DNA of 63,991 bases, counting the filler, from Dirinaria sp. TL-2023a (Eukaryota), in NCBI GenBank assembly GCA_051941275.1. It is 3 parts of 3 records of this genome, joined end to end, with 100 filler letters (N's around TTAATTAATTAA, not from the genome) between each part and the next. Parts side by side here need not be neighbours in the genome. Positions count along the whole stretch, not along the records: positions 1 to 22,003 come from JAVEBF010000241.1; 2 more parts are not named here. The stretch is one strand, 5' to 3'. The translations under genes were made by a program, and so were the position numbers. The stretch's first letter is position 1; every line of letters starts with the position of its first letter. The notes below the pieces were generated by a model. That model had not been told where the DNA came from and did no database searches. It saw nothing but the letters and a program-made list of their open reading frames with translations. Below are positions 1 through 14,800 of the stretch, one piece after another.

Positions 1-418
1 GGGGTATAGGGGAGGAAAGGAAGGAATAATAGAAATGGGTATGGGTGGTTGAGAGATTTATTTGTGTTTAGTTGTTTAATGTGGTACTTGATGTAGATAA
101 GAGAAGAGAAGGTGACTTTAGATAATTAGAGATAGATGTAGTTTCGGTAGGGCTGGTAGAGATAGGGGAAAAGGGAGGATATTTTTCAAACCCAACGATT
201 CAAGCAAGCAAGTAAGGGGGATTTTGTTTGAGTGGGTTGGTGGAGTTGAGTTCTAGCTGGATAACCAAGGATAGACAAATATGGGAGGGAAATCATAGAT
301 TTTTTCGCTAATAATAGCAGATTTTATGTCCAAGGTGGTACTTTATGTATACCTTACTTAGATACATGCCCTAAAGCTGTCGAGATACTGTGGAACAGCT
401 CCCCTCGAAAAAATTTCA

Positions 419-1762
419 TTAGAGCGCCATGCGCACAATCTTCTCCACCTCTGCCGCATCGACCAAAGGCCTCGGATTGCTGGGTGCATAAAAATCCACC
501 AGCGTGTCGGCCGCGACGGTCTTCACCTTCTCGTCGCCTTCAAACCCCACTTCCTTCAACGTTCTCGGAACGCCGAGTTCGCGGAACATGGCGTCGAGGC
601 AGTCGGCGAGGTCGCTGGTGCTCGGTTTCAAGCCACGGGCTTCCAAGACGGATGCTACGACCTCGTTCCCCCACAGGATCTTGGTGCAGAGGGCCTGTCT
701 ATCGGCGTTGACGGTCTTGTTGTAGCGCATCACCGCCGGCGACATAATGCATGAGGTGTACCCTGCATGAGTCTATTAGCGGAAACGTGGCTGTTATTGA
801 TGTCTCAAGGAGGGTTAGACCATGAGGGACCCCCAGACCACCCAGTGCGTGGCCGATGGCATGAGAACCACCGACGCGGACCTTTTTGGCGAGTCCATCC
901 ATGGAAAACCGAGCGCCGAGCATGGTTGCCAGCCTCGCCTCATCGTCGTCGGGATCTTTCTTTAGCCTCAGCAGGCCTTCTGGCAAGAGGGTCAATCCTT
1001 TCTTCGCCGACTCGTCGACATCCGCATCAGGCTCGATGATTCGACACAGAAGCTCGACGCTGTGATCCACCGAACGAATACCGGAAGAAATCCAGACATC
1101 CTCAGGAGATAACCTCGCCAGAGCTGGGTCCAGGATCACGACTTGCGGGGTCATGCTGGTATCCCATAAGAGCCGTTTCTTCTGATCGCGCGGGTCTTTC
1201 CAGCCAGAGCCGCCATTGTACTCGCCGGCGGATAAAGTAGTGGGAATGCATATCAACGGCAATGTTGCCGGACTCCGCTGCTCGCCTGTTGTGAGGGCAA
1301 GTAATGAGTCCAGATCTTTTACGAACGGATTCGCCAGCGCGAGGACAATGTATTTTGCAGCGTCGGTGATACTCCCGCCACCTTGAGAGCAATTTGTCAG
1401 ATTACCCGTACGATCAAGAAAGATTGCCCAGACTCTTCGATTCTCTTACCCAGTGTGAGCAGCATGTCAGCCTTGCACTTCCGGGCTTGGTCCAGGACAT
1501 CCAGGATGTCTTGGCCATCCGAGTGCGGCTTCATGCCGACTCTTTTAGCAACCACGAGACCATCGAGCGAGTTTTCAAGCTTCTCAACCTCTTTCGTGGT
1601 TCGTGCAAGCGTGCCGGAGACTATGAGGAGGATTCTGCGAGCACCTAAGCGGGCCGCATGTTTCTTGGCCAATTCATTGAAAGGTAGCCCGTATGAGACA
1701 AATCCAGTATTTTGTCGCCAGGCATAGGCCGGCTCAGTTATCTCTGCAGAAGGCTGTGACAT
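419..1762 (-). CDS. Iron-containing alcohol dehydrogenase / maleylacetate reductase family protein (3 exons)
   Basis: ATG at 1762; GT-AG introns at about 1449-1382 and 820-763. Spliced protein has LTLGGGSITDAAK, IPTTLSAGE, VILDP, GIRSVDHSVE, SHAIGHALG and PHG, which are Fe-ADH family motifs. Confidence 0.88.
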
Positions 1763-4277
1763 TTTCAAGAGATGAGTCTAGAAGTGATATATCGCTGCAA
1801 ATATGATTCAAACACAAGAGGTTCTATTTTCCACTTTAGGACTTAAGTATATGCGAAAGCTCCTACCCGCAGGACAAGTTTACCGGAATGGAAGGCGGGT
1901 TTTATCCTTCTGTATACTAGCCTCGTTCAACAGTAGGATTTCCGAATCCTGATAATATCAGTTTCTCTTTGCACTGCACACACCAGGTTCAACTGAAGTT
2001 ACCACCGGTGAGCTGGTTGCCCCTGCAGATACATAGACCACATTCACTGGGCAAATCTTAAGATCGTGTGAGATGGAGACGTGGAGAATGTACGATCATA
2101 AGTGATTGTAGCATGGCTTGATTCTCTAAGAATTTTGAGAAAAGGAACTCTGACCTCATAATGTCTGTTACTCTATGCATGCTTTAACCGGGGTTGGTTA
2201 GGCTGAATGAGTGGACCTGGTGAAGAGGCAGCAGCAGCAGAGAAACTTCGCAAGGTGTATCGAGGTATCTCAGGTACGACTGAGGGAAATGGAATGGAAG
2301 CATCGTGTTCGAGCCAAGAACAGATTTGCGCTAGATGCGAGCTCATCCAATCAGATAATGGGAAGACCAGAGTAAGTACGCATTGAACCAGTGGCTAGGA
2401 ATCGGATATTTGTATCAGCAACAGGGCCTGCGAAGCCAAGCGCTACCAAGAGCCATCTGGCCCCTCTCCAGAATCTTGCCATGCCTGGCATTGACTGATA
2501 AAGTCTCCACCGTTGGAAAGTCAACAGAGCAGTACTAATCTGCTGTTCGACCAGACCCCACTGGAACTCCTCCGTGGGCTGATTGACTTATAAGTTGCGC
2601 CCATAGCATTCTCGCTCTGAGGTCAAACATTGGGAAATACGACTTCAACCGACGGATGCATGATCTTGCGAGCTCCTTGGGTGAAGTGTTTCATGCCTGC
2701 CGGAGAAATGCATCTCGAATGTAGGTTTGAAGATTGATCGGTCAAGGATAGCCGAGGTTGGATAGAACTCGTGCTGACATAAATTCCCATTATTCCGTCC
2801 TGAAACAGCAAGAAGAGACTGAGCAGTAGGGTTCCATCCTCGGATTGCTCTAAGCTTTTCTACGACTTCAAGATGAGCGTCGATCAAGAACTTCCGTATT
2901 GGTACGCCTTGATGCCCTCCTGATGCACACGAAGCCTCCCAGCGAGCAAAGGATAATGGGAAAGTTTTCGAGATGTCAGGAGCCATTCAAGCAACAAAGC
3001 GGTCTAGTTAGTTGACAGCTGGCTGAGCCGTTTGACCTTTCTGCGCACTGGGCACACCGTAGACCTCCATTTTGATAATGAACCCATAACCTCGCAGATA
3101 GGACGTACACGGCGTCTGTAGGGTATCTTTATATCAAATTATCGATTCCAACAACGGTATGATGAGTGACCGTGGTGTCAAGAGCATTATCCCATTATCG
3201 TCTTTGCGGCTTTCCAGCCCTGCTCGTCTTTGCCCGATGAGCTCAAGATATGGTCTGACTTGCCTCTTCGGATTGTTTTATAGGCCCTTTCTTCTTCATT
3301 TCCAGCAAAGGTCTTCGGAGATGCTTCTATTCTCTCAGGTCGAGGTTGCTCGGCAGACGGGGGTAGAACAGTGTATACGTCGACAATGTCGCTTCAGGTA
3401 CATTTATCAGCTAAAATGGTTGCTAAACCCACGTTCCTTGGAGGACCTACTCAGACATGGCATTCGTGATCCTCTCTAAAGCTTCTCTTTCACGCCTGAG
3501 CGATTCGGGATCGGGTTGAGAGTAGACTGTGCGCTGCGGATGCTGGACGCCTCCATATTGGGACCGGTAAGGATCGTCGTACAGCAGACGTGAAGTCTCA
3601 GGGCTCTATGTGCAAGGGAGATCAGTCATCTGAAGGGGCGGGAGTCTAGCTCACATACCTCTGCGTCTGGACCTCGGCCGAAGCCAAGACAGGAGGAGCA
3701 GACCCCCATGGAATGTGGACCAAGTACGGCCGAAAAGCTGTATCAACCTCAGTGTATGACGCTGTCTAAGGGGGAGCTCGTGGCTCGTGGTCTCGGAGAA
3801 GTTAGTTGAAAATTGAGGAAGCGCTCTATCACGCTCAACTATGGAGGTAATGGCGGGCGTTTTGTTACACTAGTCGTAACGCGGCTCGTTACCTTGAGGT
3901 AAGATATCCTACCAACCTCACCTCAGTTTGCAGTGGCTCTCAAATATCCACCATAGGTTCGATTTATCTTGACGTATCAGCTGATCTCGAGGAGACAGTA
4001 CATATACTAAGTAACATCATAGACGAAAGTAGGTCTTGGACTTGTACATCTCCAAGTGGCCAGTATCCCTTGCTGAGCAACATGCTCGTCTTCTGTGAAT
4101 CCAGCATTCCAATGCTTGCCGTGGCTGGCATTGATCGGGTATCTCCTTACCACTGGTACTTTCGCTGTATAAGATCTCCTCTTCTTCAATGCTCTACCTT
4201 TCATATTGCTGGGCCGAGTCACTCACTACCCACACCCTCTTTTTTCAAGCTTCCCCAGAGCAAATATAAGTGCAACC

Positions 4278-6362
4278 ATGCACACTACACTCTCTTTCAT
4301 AGCACTTGTGCTTTCTACCCTTTTCTACCTTCCTGCTTCTGCGCGTTTCGGGTTGCGTCCGCGCCTTTTGTGTGTGCAGGACGATGTTTATGATGGCTTT
4401 CATAATGCGCCTCCAGAAGATGTTGCTCCATTGTGCAGCAGCTGGATTGGCATACAAGACGTTTCAGTTACACGGGTGGGACACACATCAAGAACGTACG
4501 CTGATCATTGATCTACTTTAAAGCTAAAGCTCATGTATCCTCCTGCAGTACAACTGTGACAACAACCACCATATACACCCCAGCCGTGTACACTACGACG
4601 TTGATTAGTAACGCCGCCACAGTGACCACCACTATAGGCGACCTCCAGGGGCGTTCGGCTGCGCCTGAACCAACTCCAGCTGCTCAGCTTGCCCAGCTTT
4701 ATTCGGCTGTACCCGTACTCCAGGAACCTGAATGCAGTGACATTAGTTCAACCGTGAGCAGTGCTTGCTCTTGCCTCCTTCTTGGGCCACAGACGGTGCC
4801 CGTTTTAATCACAACCACCATCGTGAGAACACCGTTTCGAACAGAGAATCTAGGCAAACCGGGCTGATTGGCATATAGACCAGAGTAGAAACCGCCGATG
4901 ATTATGAAGGTGCTAGTGCCTATGTGACCAAGCTAATCCCTTCTACATCGACTATCACAGCTCTACCAACTCCACTTAGCAACAACACTCTTCCAGGCTC
5001 GTCTGGCTTCTTTCCGACAAGCTCCGCACTCAGCATTCCGTCTGTCAACGTCTCTGGATCGCCAGTACCCATCCAGAATGCTACTCTGCTGCCAACTAGC
5101 CCAATTGTCCAACCTTCAACGTCTGCGCCGGTCAATTCTTCAACGTCTGCCTTGCAAAGTTCGGTGTCTATTTCAGTGTCCACTACTGGCACGTCCCCCA
5201 CGGCTGCGCCTTTCTCAGTATGCCCTGCAGGAGACAAGACAGTTATAACTGAATTGGACGGAGAAAGGTTCCAGATCCTCTGTAGCACGAACTTCACCGG
5301 CCCTACAACTCAGGGTTTGATGGAACCCACATTGGGTGCTTGTATCCAACAATGCGCTCTGAATAATGACGGCTTCTCTGCAACCCGCTGCTACGGTGCC
5401 ACGTATTTCCCAGACCAGCTCGGCTCCAATTGTTACCTCAAAACCCAGGAAGGAGTTGCTACAGCTGACTTCAATCCTGCTTATCGTATTGTGAGCGGAG
5501 TATTAATCATTGAACCACCAAGCAACTCCACGACTAATACATCGACGAGTCCCATACTGCCCTCATCGACTCCCACGCATTCATTGAACCATACTGGCAC
5601 TATACCACCTTTCGGACTCCCAAGTGATGGTGGAAGAAATGGTGGAAACTCCGAGTCTACTCCGTTAGCCTCAGGCTTACCTACGGGACTTCCGAATAAC
5701 ATTTCTAGCTCTGTTCCTGCATCCTTGTTCCCAGTAGGCTCCGCCAATGTCACGACTGGTGCTGGACCGACAGCCGCTTCCTCTGTATATCTGAATTTCA
5801 CCTCATTGCCAAGCAGCGCTTACCCGCCTACGAATGTGACATCGTTCAGAGGACCCACAGCGCCACCTATTTTGCTCAACACGACTGCGTCTTTGTTCCC
5901 TTCCTTAAAGCTGTAAGTACGGACCGCTGACGACAATAGTCAAGACTAACGGACCTGCCTAGCAATGCTACTGCGTCCCCATCTCTAACTCCAACACCTT
6001 CGTAGTACGTCATCCAGAAAATATCCCAACTTGGACAATCAGGCTAATTATGCATCAGTAATCTTACATCTACGCCTTCAGGATTTCCAAGCTCTCTATA
6101 CAACTTCACAACGCCTACAAGCAATTCCACTGCCATTTCAAGTGGCAGGCCTTTCAATTCGTACAACGCATCCATATGCTACTCTACAGTATGCCATTGC
6201 CTTGCTTTGTCGTAATGAAAGAGTTAAACTGATGGTGCTGCCCAGGACTGGGTCACTGCGTATACAACACAACCAATCTGCAGCTCGACAATTACAATAA
6301 CGACCTTCACAACAAGCCACACCACCACAATCACCCAAATTTTGGTCACACTTACAGCTTGA
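4278..6362 (+). CDS. Secreted Ser/Thr-rich mucin-like cell-surface protein with a PAN/apple-like Cys domain (multi-exon)
   Basis: Signal peptide MHTTLSFIALVLSTLFYLPASA; 'SSACSCL' motif; Cys domain CPAGD...ILCSTNF...CIQQCA...CYGATY...NCYLK; many NxS/T sites. Several short 3' exons end at ...LVTLTA* (6362). Exon boundaries are approximate. Confidence 0.7.
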
Positions 6363-6836
6363 TTGATCCTATCGGAAGCCCTATAGCTGATTCTTCTAGA
6401 AAAAAAAAAAAAAAGAGGGTTGGATACTTGGCTGCAAACAGTCAGGGTAGTGAGAATCGACAGGCGCAAAGGGGTAATATGACCATGACTTCTATATTTC
6501 CTTATCCCCGGATCGCGACCTAGCTCTTTAGCAGACTTATAGACCCCACAAGGCATACTTCCAAGCAGGCGACGGATATCTCGTCTAATTGGAAGCATAG
6601 CGGACAATACAAAGCAAGTTCTCTCACGAGCCCAATTTCGCTACACTACATGAGCATTCACCACGGAGTGTTGGAAAAAGCCATCTGGTAGGTCCATCTA
6701 CGAAGTCGAGTCTAAACTCTTTTGCATGCGTGTCCACGCAGCATCATTTCATTCAGTCACAAATTTATAGCCTCCGATGCCATCAATCGTGCAGTAGGCT
6801 ATCTGGCCTTTTCTCATTTCCTTCCTGGGCTTTGAT

Positions 6837-7649
6837 TCAATACGCACCGATCCAGTCACGATCATCCTTTCCCTGCTTCGTTGAGACCTGATAATCCTGA
6901 TCCTCCCAGTCCTTCAACGCAGTCTGCTCCAACTGCACTTGCTCCGACCGCGTCATTGGTTTCTCCGTACCACGTCTCCTGGCGTGCGACTCCGCCGTCT
7001 CGACAAGCGAGGCGTCCGGGTCAGAGTCGCCCGTGAAGCTGTAGGAGCGGTACTCGCAATTCGCCCAACCTGTACCGGGAAACTTCCCACTGTCTGTCCA
7101 ATCCTCGGTCAGGTAATGCAGCAGTCCACCATGCGTGACAACCACCACGTCCCCTTCCGTCCGAGACCGCAACCATGCTCTGGCGTCCCTGGCTCTGGCT
7201 TTGATTGCTTCGGTCGTAGACGCCCATTCGCCTTTTTTGCTATTCCAGCCTTTCGTCACCAAACTCAGGTCTACCGGCTGATCCTTGAACTCATCCTTCA
7301 AAATGTCGATGTCGCTGCCGGTGTCGCAGGGGAGATCGCTCGTTTCTTGCAGTTCGGGTAGAGCGACAATCCTCAGACCTTTTTCGAGCTCGGGCTCGAA
7401 AGTATGCAAGGCGGTGTAGAGAGTGCGGCGTATAGGAGAAGCAACAACCAACTTCACCGAGGAATGGTAGGGGAAGTTGCGCGAGAGGCAGCGGCACTGC
7501 TCGACGCCGTAGGTGGTGAGTGAAGGGTCGGGCATGCTGTAATTCGCGGTTGTGAGGTTGTGATAGCCTTGAGCATGGCGCACAAGGTGAACCGTTGGAG
7601 GCACTGGAGCCGTGTCAGTCACGGCGGATTCATCCAAGCTTCGGCCCAT
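6837..7649 (-). CDS. Histidine phosphatase / phosphoglycerate mutase family protein
   Basis: VHLVRHAQGYHN, ASPIRRTLYT, LPELQE and VVVTHGG motifs; intronless ORF with ATG at 7649. Confidence 0.9.
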   Translation of the reverse strand: MGRSLDESAVTDTAPVPPTVHLVRHAQGYHNLTTANYSMPDPSLTTYGVEQCRCLSRNFPYHSSVKLVVASPIRRTLYTALHTFEPELEKGLRIVALPELQETSDLPCDTGSDIDILKDEFKDQPVDLSLVTKGWNSKKGEWASTTEAIKARARDARAWLRSRTEGDVVVVTHGGLLHYLTEDWTDSGKFPGTGWANCEYRSYSFTGDSDPDASLVETAESHARRRGTEKPMTRSEQVQLEQTALKDWEDQDYQVSTKQGKDDRDWIGAY

Positions 7650-8824
7650 GTTCAATCTTACTTTTCTTGTTTGGCAAAAAATGATGTTTACTTCCAAGTA
7701 GAGTCAATTTCGATAAGAGATAGAGCAGGGAATGAGAAAGGAAAGCGTCAGGCAGCAAGGAGCGCCTTCGCGATCACATGTTCAGCCAAGGGATGAGAGA
7801 ATTCCAGGTGGGATTCGTGTTGAGTCAACATCCCTACAGTACCTATTGAACCATGGTGCTTATCTGCATTATTGGCCCATGATTGCTAATAAGCGTTGTG
7901 CACAACGCCATCGCTCCGATGACTCTTGAACCCATCTTTCTCGAATTGACTCCCCACCTCGATCAAGTGAGGGTAAGTCAGACTCTAAAGAGCACTCGAT
8001 ATTATTGTGCCGTGGAATGTTGTGAGGTGGGTACTTTACAGTACTCGTACCTGCACGAGCTACGGTAGGTAGAATCAAGGAGTCCCTCGGGTGCATTGCC
8101 AAGCGTGCCATGCCCGGTTGTACCCGAACCGCTCCCGAACTTAGGTACGTCATTTAGGGGCCCTCGGGCTTACATAAGGTAAAATGAAGCCAGGAGGTCA
8201 GGTACGAGTACCGTACGTTTTGCATCAACAGCATCCGCCTCAGACGTCTCATGAAACGACACAGGAAATTGTCCGTGACAGCCTCATACTGAAAATCTCA
8301 GCCCAATCGTCTCATACGCAGCATTTCATGAGGTTTCTGCCTTCATGAAACCCACATCAATCGAGGACTCTGTGAGTCTAGAAGACTCATAGGGTAAATG
8401 CGTGTGTTTGCCTATCTCGGGGTCGGCACCATGAACCTGCTCTATCAACATGCCCGTCGACCCCGTTGACCGCCGAATTCTGAAATAACTTTGTGGTATC
8501 TGCTTGGATCGTCAATAGCATTGCTATGTACCCTGGTTGAACTGCAATGCTCCTTCACATTTTGAACCCTGTACCACCAGATCGGAGTGCACGCCCGCGG
8601 CACAGGAGCTAGCTTCTGCAGTATTGAATGCACTTCCATATAATCAAAGAAAATGAAACAGTGTCTGCTTGAGCTGTTGGGGCAGCCCACGGAGCAATCC
8701 TTCTGCAAAGCTGCCTTGGGTGGCTTAGGCTTTGTATATCCACATGTAAACTCGCTTTTAAGCTTGCAGGCCCTTCTGCTGTATATTCTATGTTACGACT
8801 ACCATTGTCAGTCTTTGGGTAGCT

Positions 8825-10857
8825 ATGAAATTCTGCAAAAAATTGTGCTACTTTTTTGGTCAGCTTCTCTGTTTTAGCATTTCCCTCTGCCAGTGTCAAC
8901 AGAAGGCACTTCCATCCCATGTGTCTTCTGAGAACAGCTTTGAGCTTCGCCAGGCTTCTGGAGTTATTGCGGGGAAGAATTTTCTTCGCCGTGGTTATCA
9001 AGCCTGTGAGTAAAAAATAGTTGCGATCAAATCACGAGGGTTGGTCATAGAATTGACCCATTCGGAATAGCAATTGTTGTCGGAGATTGGGTTTACATTG
9101 ACGGAGGCGAATTTACCTTTACCAGTGATGGTAGCACAAATTATCAATATTGTACGTTTTCACCAAGACTTACCTTTCATTTAGATATAAAATAGCTAAT
9201 GTTCGGTCAAAGCAAACTCGCTCTTAGCCATAAATCTTGCAAGTAATTGGACAAATTCGACTGTCACCATGCATTCAAACACGAAACCGAACGGAGCGCC
9301 ATCACTGAACAACCCTTCACTCTGGTATCACGAAACAGACAATTTGATTTACGCAGGTTTCAGCGGCTGGGCGTCGAGATTTGGCAACCATCCACAGGAT
9401 CCACCACTGTCGCTTTGGACCTTCAAACCCGACGGCACCGGAGCAGGAACCTGGAATGAATCTATCGGGTCCACATGGCATTCATGGCGATCACTAACGC
9501 GTCCCCGAACGCCACTTGAAACATACTCTCGTGATAGAGCTTTCATTATGGGTGGCTGCCGTGAGGAGTCAAACCTCGGTGATTGGTCTGAAGACGCATT
9601 AGGTGGGATGGTCCAATTCAACATGTTGGATCGATCATTTGCGAACACCAGCATTCCCTGTTGTAATGCAACCGGTGGTATCAAGAAAGGTGCCTTACAA
9701 TACGTTCCGTCTTTTGGTCCCGAAGGCCTTATCATCGCCATGGGGGGACAAAATGCTCACAGGACCGGTAATTTTGCTTCTTTGATCGACTTCACCGTCG
9801 TTTCTGTGTTCGACCCTGTAAGCCAAAAATGGTGGAATCAGACTACCACGGGGAATCCACCGAGTCCCAGAATCGAGTTCTGCGCTGCTGGCATTCCTTC
9901 AGCGAACGACACGTATGAAATGTGAATGTCTTCTGTTGTATTCTAGCGAGCTCCAGCTTACGCTACTGGCAGATTCGTGTACGCTGGATGGAATACCGTA
10001 TTGGGCGGAGATGCTATCCAGTTCGATACTATCAACGTTCTAACTTTACCAGCCTTCCACTGGCTCAGCGTTGCTTACATCCCTCAGATGCCACGACACG
10101 CTCATTCTTGCAATGCTGTCGGAGGTAGCCAGATCTTGGTGATTGGGGGTCTTGACACAAATTCCAAGATCGTTTCGGGGCCTGGAGCGTATGAGTCAGT
10201 CTTCAATAGCACACCGGATCCATTCACGCAAGGCTTAGCCATATTCGACATGACCACTCTGACTTTCCAGGATCAGTATACCGCAAAGTCTTCGCCTTAC
10301 GAACAGTCTGCACTCGTAAAGCAATATTATTCCACGTCACAGCAGTGAGCTCCCCTCTCGCGCACCTTGTAGCAGATGATTAACATTAGTGTAGGTCATA
10401 TATACGGAATCTTTCACCTGGCGTTGCAGCATTGATGAAAACGACTCATTTCACAGATATCAACCAGTCTAATATATCAGCATCACCAACCACCCTAGCG
10501 ACTTCGGCGATTTCCTCGAGTAAAACTGCTACTTTTGCACTGCCAACCTCGAATCCTACTTCGTCTTTATCGAAGCCCAACATTGGTGCCATTGTAGGTG
10601 GTGCCACTGGAGGATGTGTAGCCTCGTTACTTTTGGTCACAGGCTTTACGTTGTACTTGAGGAGGCGCCGAAAACCCCAAAATCCCGTAACGGAAGTGGA
10701 CACGGGAGTTGTGGTCGGCGGACAGGCAAGCATAAGCGAGCTGCATGCCACCGATAGGCCCTTCGAAAGTGACGCGCGTGGACTCTACGAGATGCAAGCT
10801 GGACACATGGTTGAACTTGAAGGGTATACATCTGAACAGCGCCGTGAGCTATTGTGA
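8825..10857 (+). CDS. Kelch/galactose-oxidase-type beta-propeller type-I membrane protein (multi-exon)
   Basis: Signal peptide in exon 1 (8825-9004); kelch-like blades (VYIDGGE, IIAMGG, VFDPVSQKWWNQTTTGNPPSPRIEFC, PRHAHSC, ILVIGG); S/T stalk; TM helix GAIVGGATGGCVASLLLVTGFTLYL followed by RRRRK; tail with xELx motifs. Confidence 0.8.
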
Positions 10858-11854
10858 TCAGCTCAGCAACCTCTGGATTTGCGATCTGCAGGGTCTCGTA
10901 CGAGTACGTCTCAAATCTAAAAACTTGGTAGGAAGTCACGAGGCGCTCACTTGGGTAGTGATGTGGAGCATTTTAGACTGCTTCCTGCGTTTTATCAGAC
11001 ATCAAATGTCTTGACTAGGGACAGCATTTCACTGATGTATGATTCTCTGGTTCAAGGTAGCAAGTCAAGCGGGAGTCCTATCTTATGCCATCGCGAAAAT
11101 GGGCGCTACTACTCCTTGACTGGCTTTGATTTATGTTTGTGATGACTCTTTCGATTGTCTTTCTATGGCTTCATCAACTTCATAACGGTTTGTCGAATCG
11201 ACGGTGGCTCTTCGTGGATCAATCAATCCACCGTCATATAGTTGGAACGTTCTTTTATCTACAAGGCGCTGGTGTGCTTGGAATTAGCACAATGCTGCAG
11301 CATGAAATAGAGTGTTCCAAGCGCCATTGTGTGGAAGCTGCGCAGGTTTCTTGTTTACAGCAAGTACTTATACGTTTACGGATCTTGTCTGGCCAGAAGA
11401 TTGAAGCGCAAGATCAAGTCTTGCAAATGTGCTTAGCCGTAGATTCTGGCGCCTTGATAAATTCAAGTCCTGTGAGAGCTCTCTTCTACCTTGAAAAGGC
11501 GGAGGATCACCGCCCGGACGAGCTAGAGTACTACTCGGGTGGTGGCAAGCCAAAGGGCATCTGTAGTCACCTAGTCTTGGCGTACATGTTGCCAGCCGTC
11601 AACCTCCAAAAATACCTGTTTTGAAGCTGGAAGCAATGTACCGCCTCACAGCCTCGTCGCAAAGCCTGCGACATGGGGGCTGGGCACTATTCGCTGCTTT
11701 GCACTGTTCAAGCTTCCGTGAGAAACCCTTTCTGAAAATTATCTGTATGACCGTTTGGGCCATCGGTAGCCCTACAAGTTGGTCGGCTCAGGTCTATACA
11801 AATGTCCCTCGCAAGCCGTGCTCTAATATCAGAACGTAAACTTCAGGCGTCTAC

Positions 11855-14800
11855 ATGGACCCTCTTTCGCTTGCATTCGGAGTCGCCGGAGTCTTGGGTC
11901 TCCTCGGGCAAACATTAGCAACCACCAAAAGATTTGTACACTTATTGAGGCACGGTAAGGAAGCTGCGGCTGAATTACAAAATGAGCTTACTATTCTCCA
12001 TTTCAATGTGTCACGGCTGGATCGCATGCTCAAAGACAGCGCCCATGGAACCCTTCATTTCGAAGCTACTTCCGTGCTCTTGTCAAGTACCTTTACTTTC
12101 AAAGACAGGCTAGATGCTTTGTGTAATGAGCTCCGTGCTGCAAGCACGAGCCGGTTTGCGTCCCTCAAGTGGCCACTGAACAGCAAGGAGCATCGTGAGA
12201 CCATCCAAGACCTTCGAGCTTACGCTCAATGTGTTCAATTTTCTTTGAGCAACGATGGTTTTGCATTGCTCTCGAAGACGGCGACTGAAGTGCAAGATGT
12301 TTTGAGCAAACAATTGGAAGCTTTTCGGATCCTCGAAGCCATCAATCATCGGACTTCGTGGGCTGAGCACTCGTTATCAGAGCAGACTCAAGCGGTCAAC
12401 GATCAACTTTCCGCTGAGAAGCGTAAATCAGTCTTGAATTGGATCTCAACCGTCAAGCATGAACAAAAGCATCATGACATACGCACGCCTCGGATTGAAG
12501 CAACCGGTCAATGGTTTCTCGATCAAGGCCATTTCAAGCGTTGGCGCGATGAACCGTATCCACAGAGCACCGTACTACTCTGCGAGGGTATCCAGGGTTC
12601 TGGAAAATCGGTGCTAACGTGAGCATAACATTATTCTGCTACAACGAAGTTCTGCTGATTGCGTCAAGATCACTTGTCATCGATCATTTGATGGATAACC
12701 ATGCGAGCCAGACTATCGCGGTGGCTCATGTCTACTGCGACTACAGGGAGAGTGAAGATCAGTCAGCGGAGAAGCTGATTGCGAGTTTGCTGAAACAACT
12801 GGCCATTGCCAGACCGAATCTACCTCAAGCAGTAAAGGATTTTCACCTGGATTTTGAAAAGCAGATGAGGCAGCCTCAGCAGCAAGATTTTGAACGGGCT
12901 TTTCTACTCACGTGCAATGACTTTGACAGAGTTTACGTTGTGATAGACGCTTTAGATGAGTGTGCTGCAAGTCATAGAAGAAAATTATTGGGCTTTCTTT
13001 CAACCGCTCGGAGACAGCCTTCTATCAGAATCTTCATTACAAGCAGATCCTACCCGGAGCATATTATCAAACAATTCCATCCCGCCCAAAAATTAGTTAT
13101 TGAAGCTGACGAATCGGATTTGAGAAAGTACATTATTCAAGCGGTCGAGGACAGTGACAACTCAGAAGCGATAGACAATGAGTTCCAGCAAGTGATAGTC
13201 GAGAGGGTTTGTGCAGCGGCAAAGAATATGTAAGTTCATCATTCACTTGTCCCGTGAATTTGAATGCACAATGATCTGATTGGCTTGTCGGGACCCAAAA
13301 GAAGAGTTGCATGATCACTGCTTGAACGGTCTCTTAATCAAGGGAAGGTCCAGTATTACACACACTCGTAGAAATTTGATTCCATCGTACGGCGGCAGAA
13401 AAGCATGCTGTTTCATCATTGAAGACTTTTTGAATGATCTGGCTGATTTTTCCACAGGTTTCTTCTGGCGGTGTTGCAGATAAACGCCGTTTTGAACGGC
13501 GTGTCCGCCGGTGAAATGGAAGCAGCTCTGGAAACTATGCCCTGCGGCCTTGATGGGGCTATCGAAGAGACGTTGCACAGAACCCAGCAGCAACAATCAA
13601 GCAGGAAGAACCTTAGTGTGAAAGCATTAATGTGGATATCCTACGCTAAGAGACCGTTACGTGTAGACCAATTGGCCGACGCACTTGCTATCAATTCAAC
13701 AGACCGGACATGGAACCCACGGAACCGTCCTGATTCTAGGCTAATCCTGGAGTCTTGCTTGGGACTTGTAACTTTAGACCAGGAAAGCTCTGTCATTAGG
13801 CTAGTCCATTATTCCGTTCAGGAGTACTTCATTCGGCATCGAAAACAACTATTTCCAGCTGCAGAGGAGATGATTGCGGAGAACTGCCTCACTTCTCTTC
13901 TCCACGATGCTTTCGATACAGGTAGTTGCGTGGACGAGAGCGCTATCCTATCGTGTGTATCAAACTTCCCTTTCTATCTATATAGCTGTCGTTACTGGGG
14001 CCATCACGTCCGAGAAGTGGACAGCACAAGGATTGATCAGCTAGCGATGATTTTTCTTGAGGCGCGACCACATTTAGCTCGCTCATACCAGCTCTCGCAA
14101 TGGGATCTTGGCCGCAAGAGAGTCTACTGGGAGCTAGATGAAGCTAACAGCTGCACCGGTCTTCACTTAGCCTGTGTTTTTGGGCTGGAGCAACTTGCAA
14201 AGAAGCTTCTAGAGAAAGCTAGCCTTCCTATTGATGTCACTACCACCATGGGAACGACGCCGTTGATCAAGGCGGCAGCTGGCGGACACAGAAGCTGCGT
14301 AAGGATGTTGATGGAGAGGGGTGCCGATCCTTTGAAAGAAAATTGGTATGGAATCAGCCTGCACTGTGCGGCTGAAGCTGGTCATGTGCCGGCTATCGAA
14401 GAGCTGCTGTGTAATGGGGTGCCTGTGGACATCAAAGATGCTCACGGACGAACCGCCTTGCACTGTGCCACATCAACTGGCCACATCGGTGCCGTAAATG
14501 CATTGCTTTCACAAGCAGCTGATGTAAACGCAACGTTTTCGGACAGGACGCCGTTGCTCCTAGCTATATGTCTGGAGCAACGTATCGAATTGATCAAGAC
14601 CCTCCTTGAATACCACGCGGATATAGAGTTTGAAACCGAACATGGTGATAGGGCCGTCCATGAAGCAGCTACTATGGGTGCGGAGCAGACACTCTTACTG
14701 CTTTTAAAACACGGGGCAAAAGTTGACATGAAAGATGCCTCGGGTTTTACGGCTCTGCATTGGGCCGCAGCAAAGGACCATGCTAGCATCGTTCGGCTTC

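Noticed and set aside
2300..3480. Minus-strand protein-like fragments (2645-2986, 2623-2811)
   Set aside because: Broken frames with no recognisable motif; possibly a pseudogene, but I cannot support a call.
13230..13457. Unusually long (228-nt) NLR intron as a snoRNA or stwintron host
   Set aside because: No canonical box C (RTGATGA) with a terminal stem, and no convincing nested splice sites.
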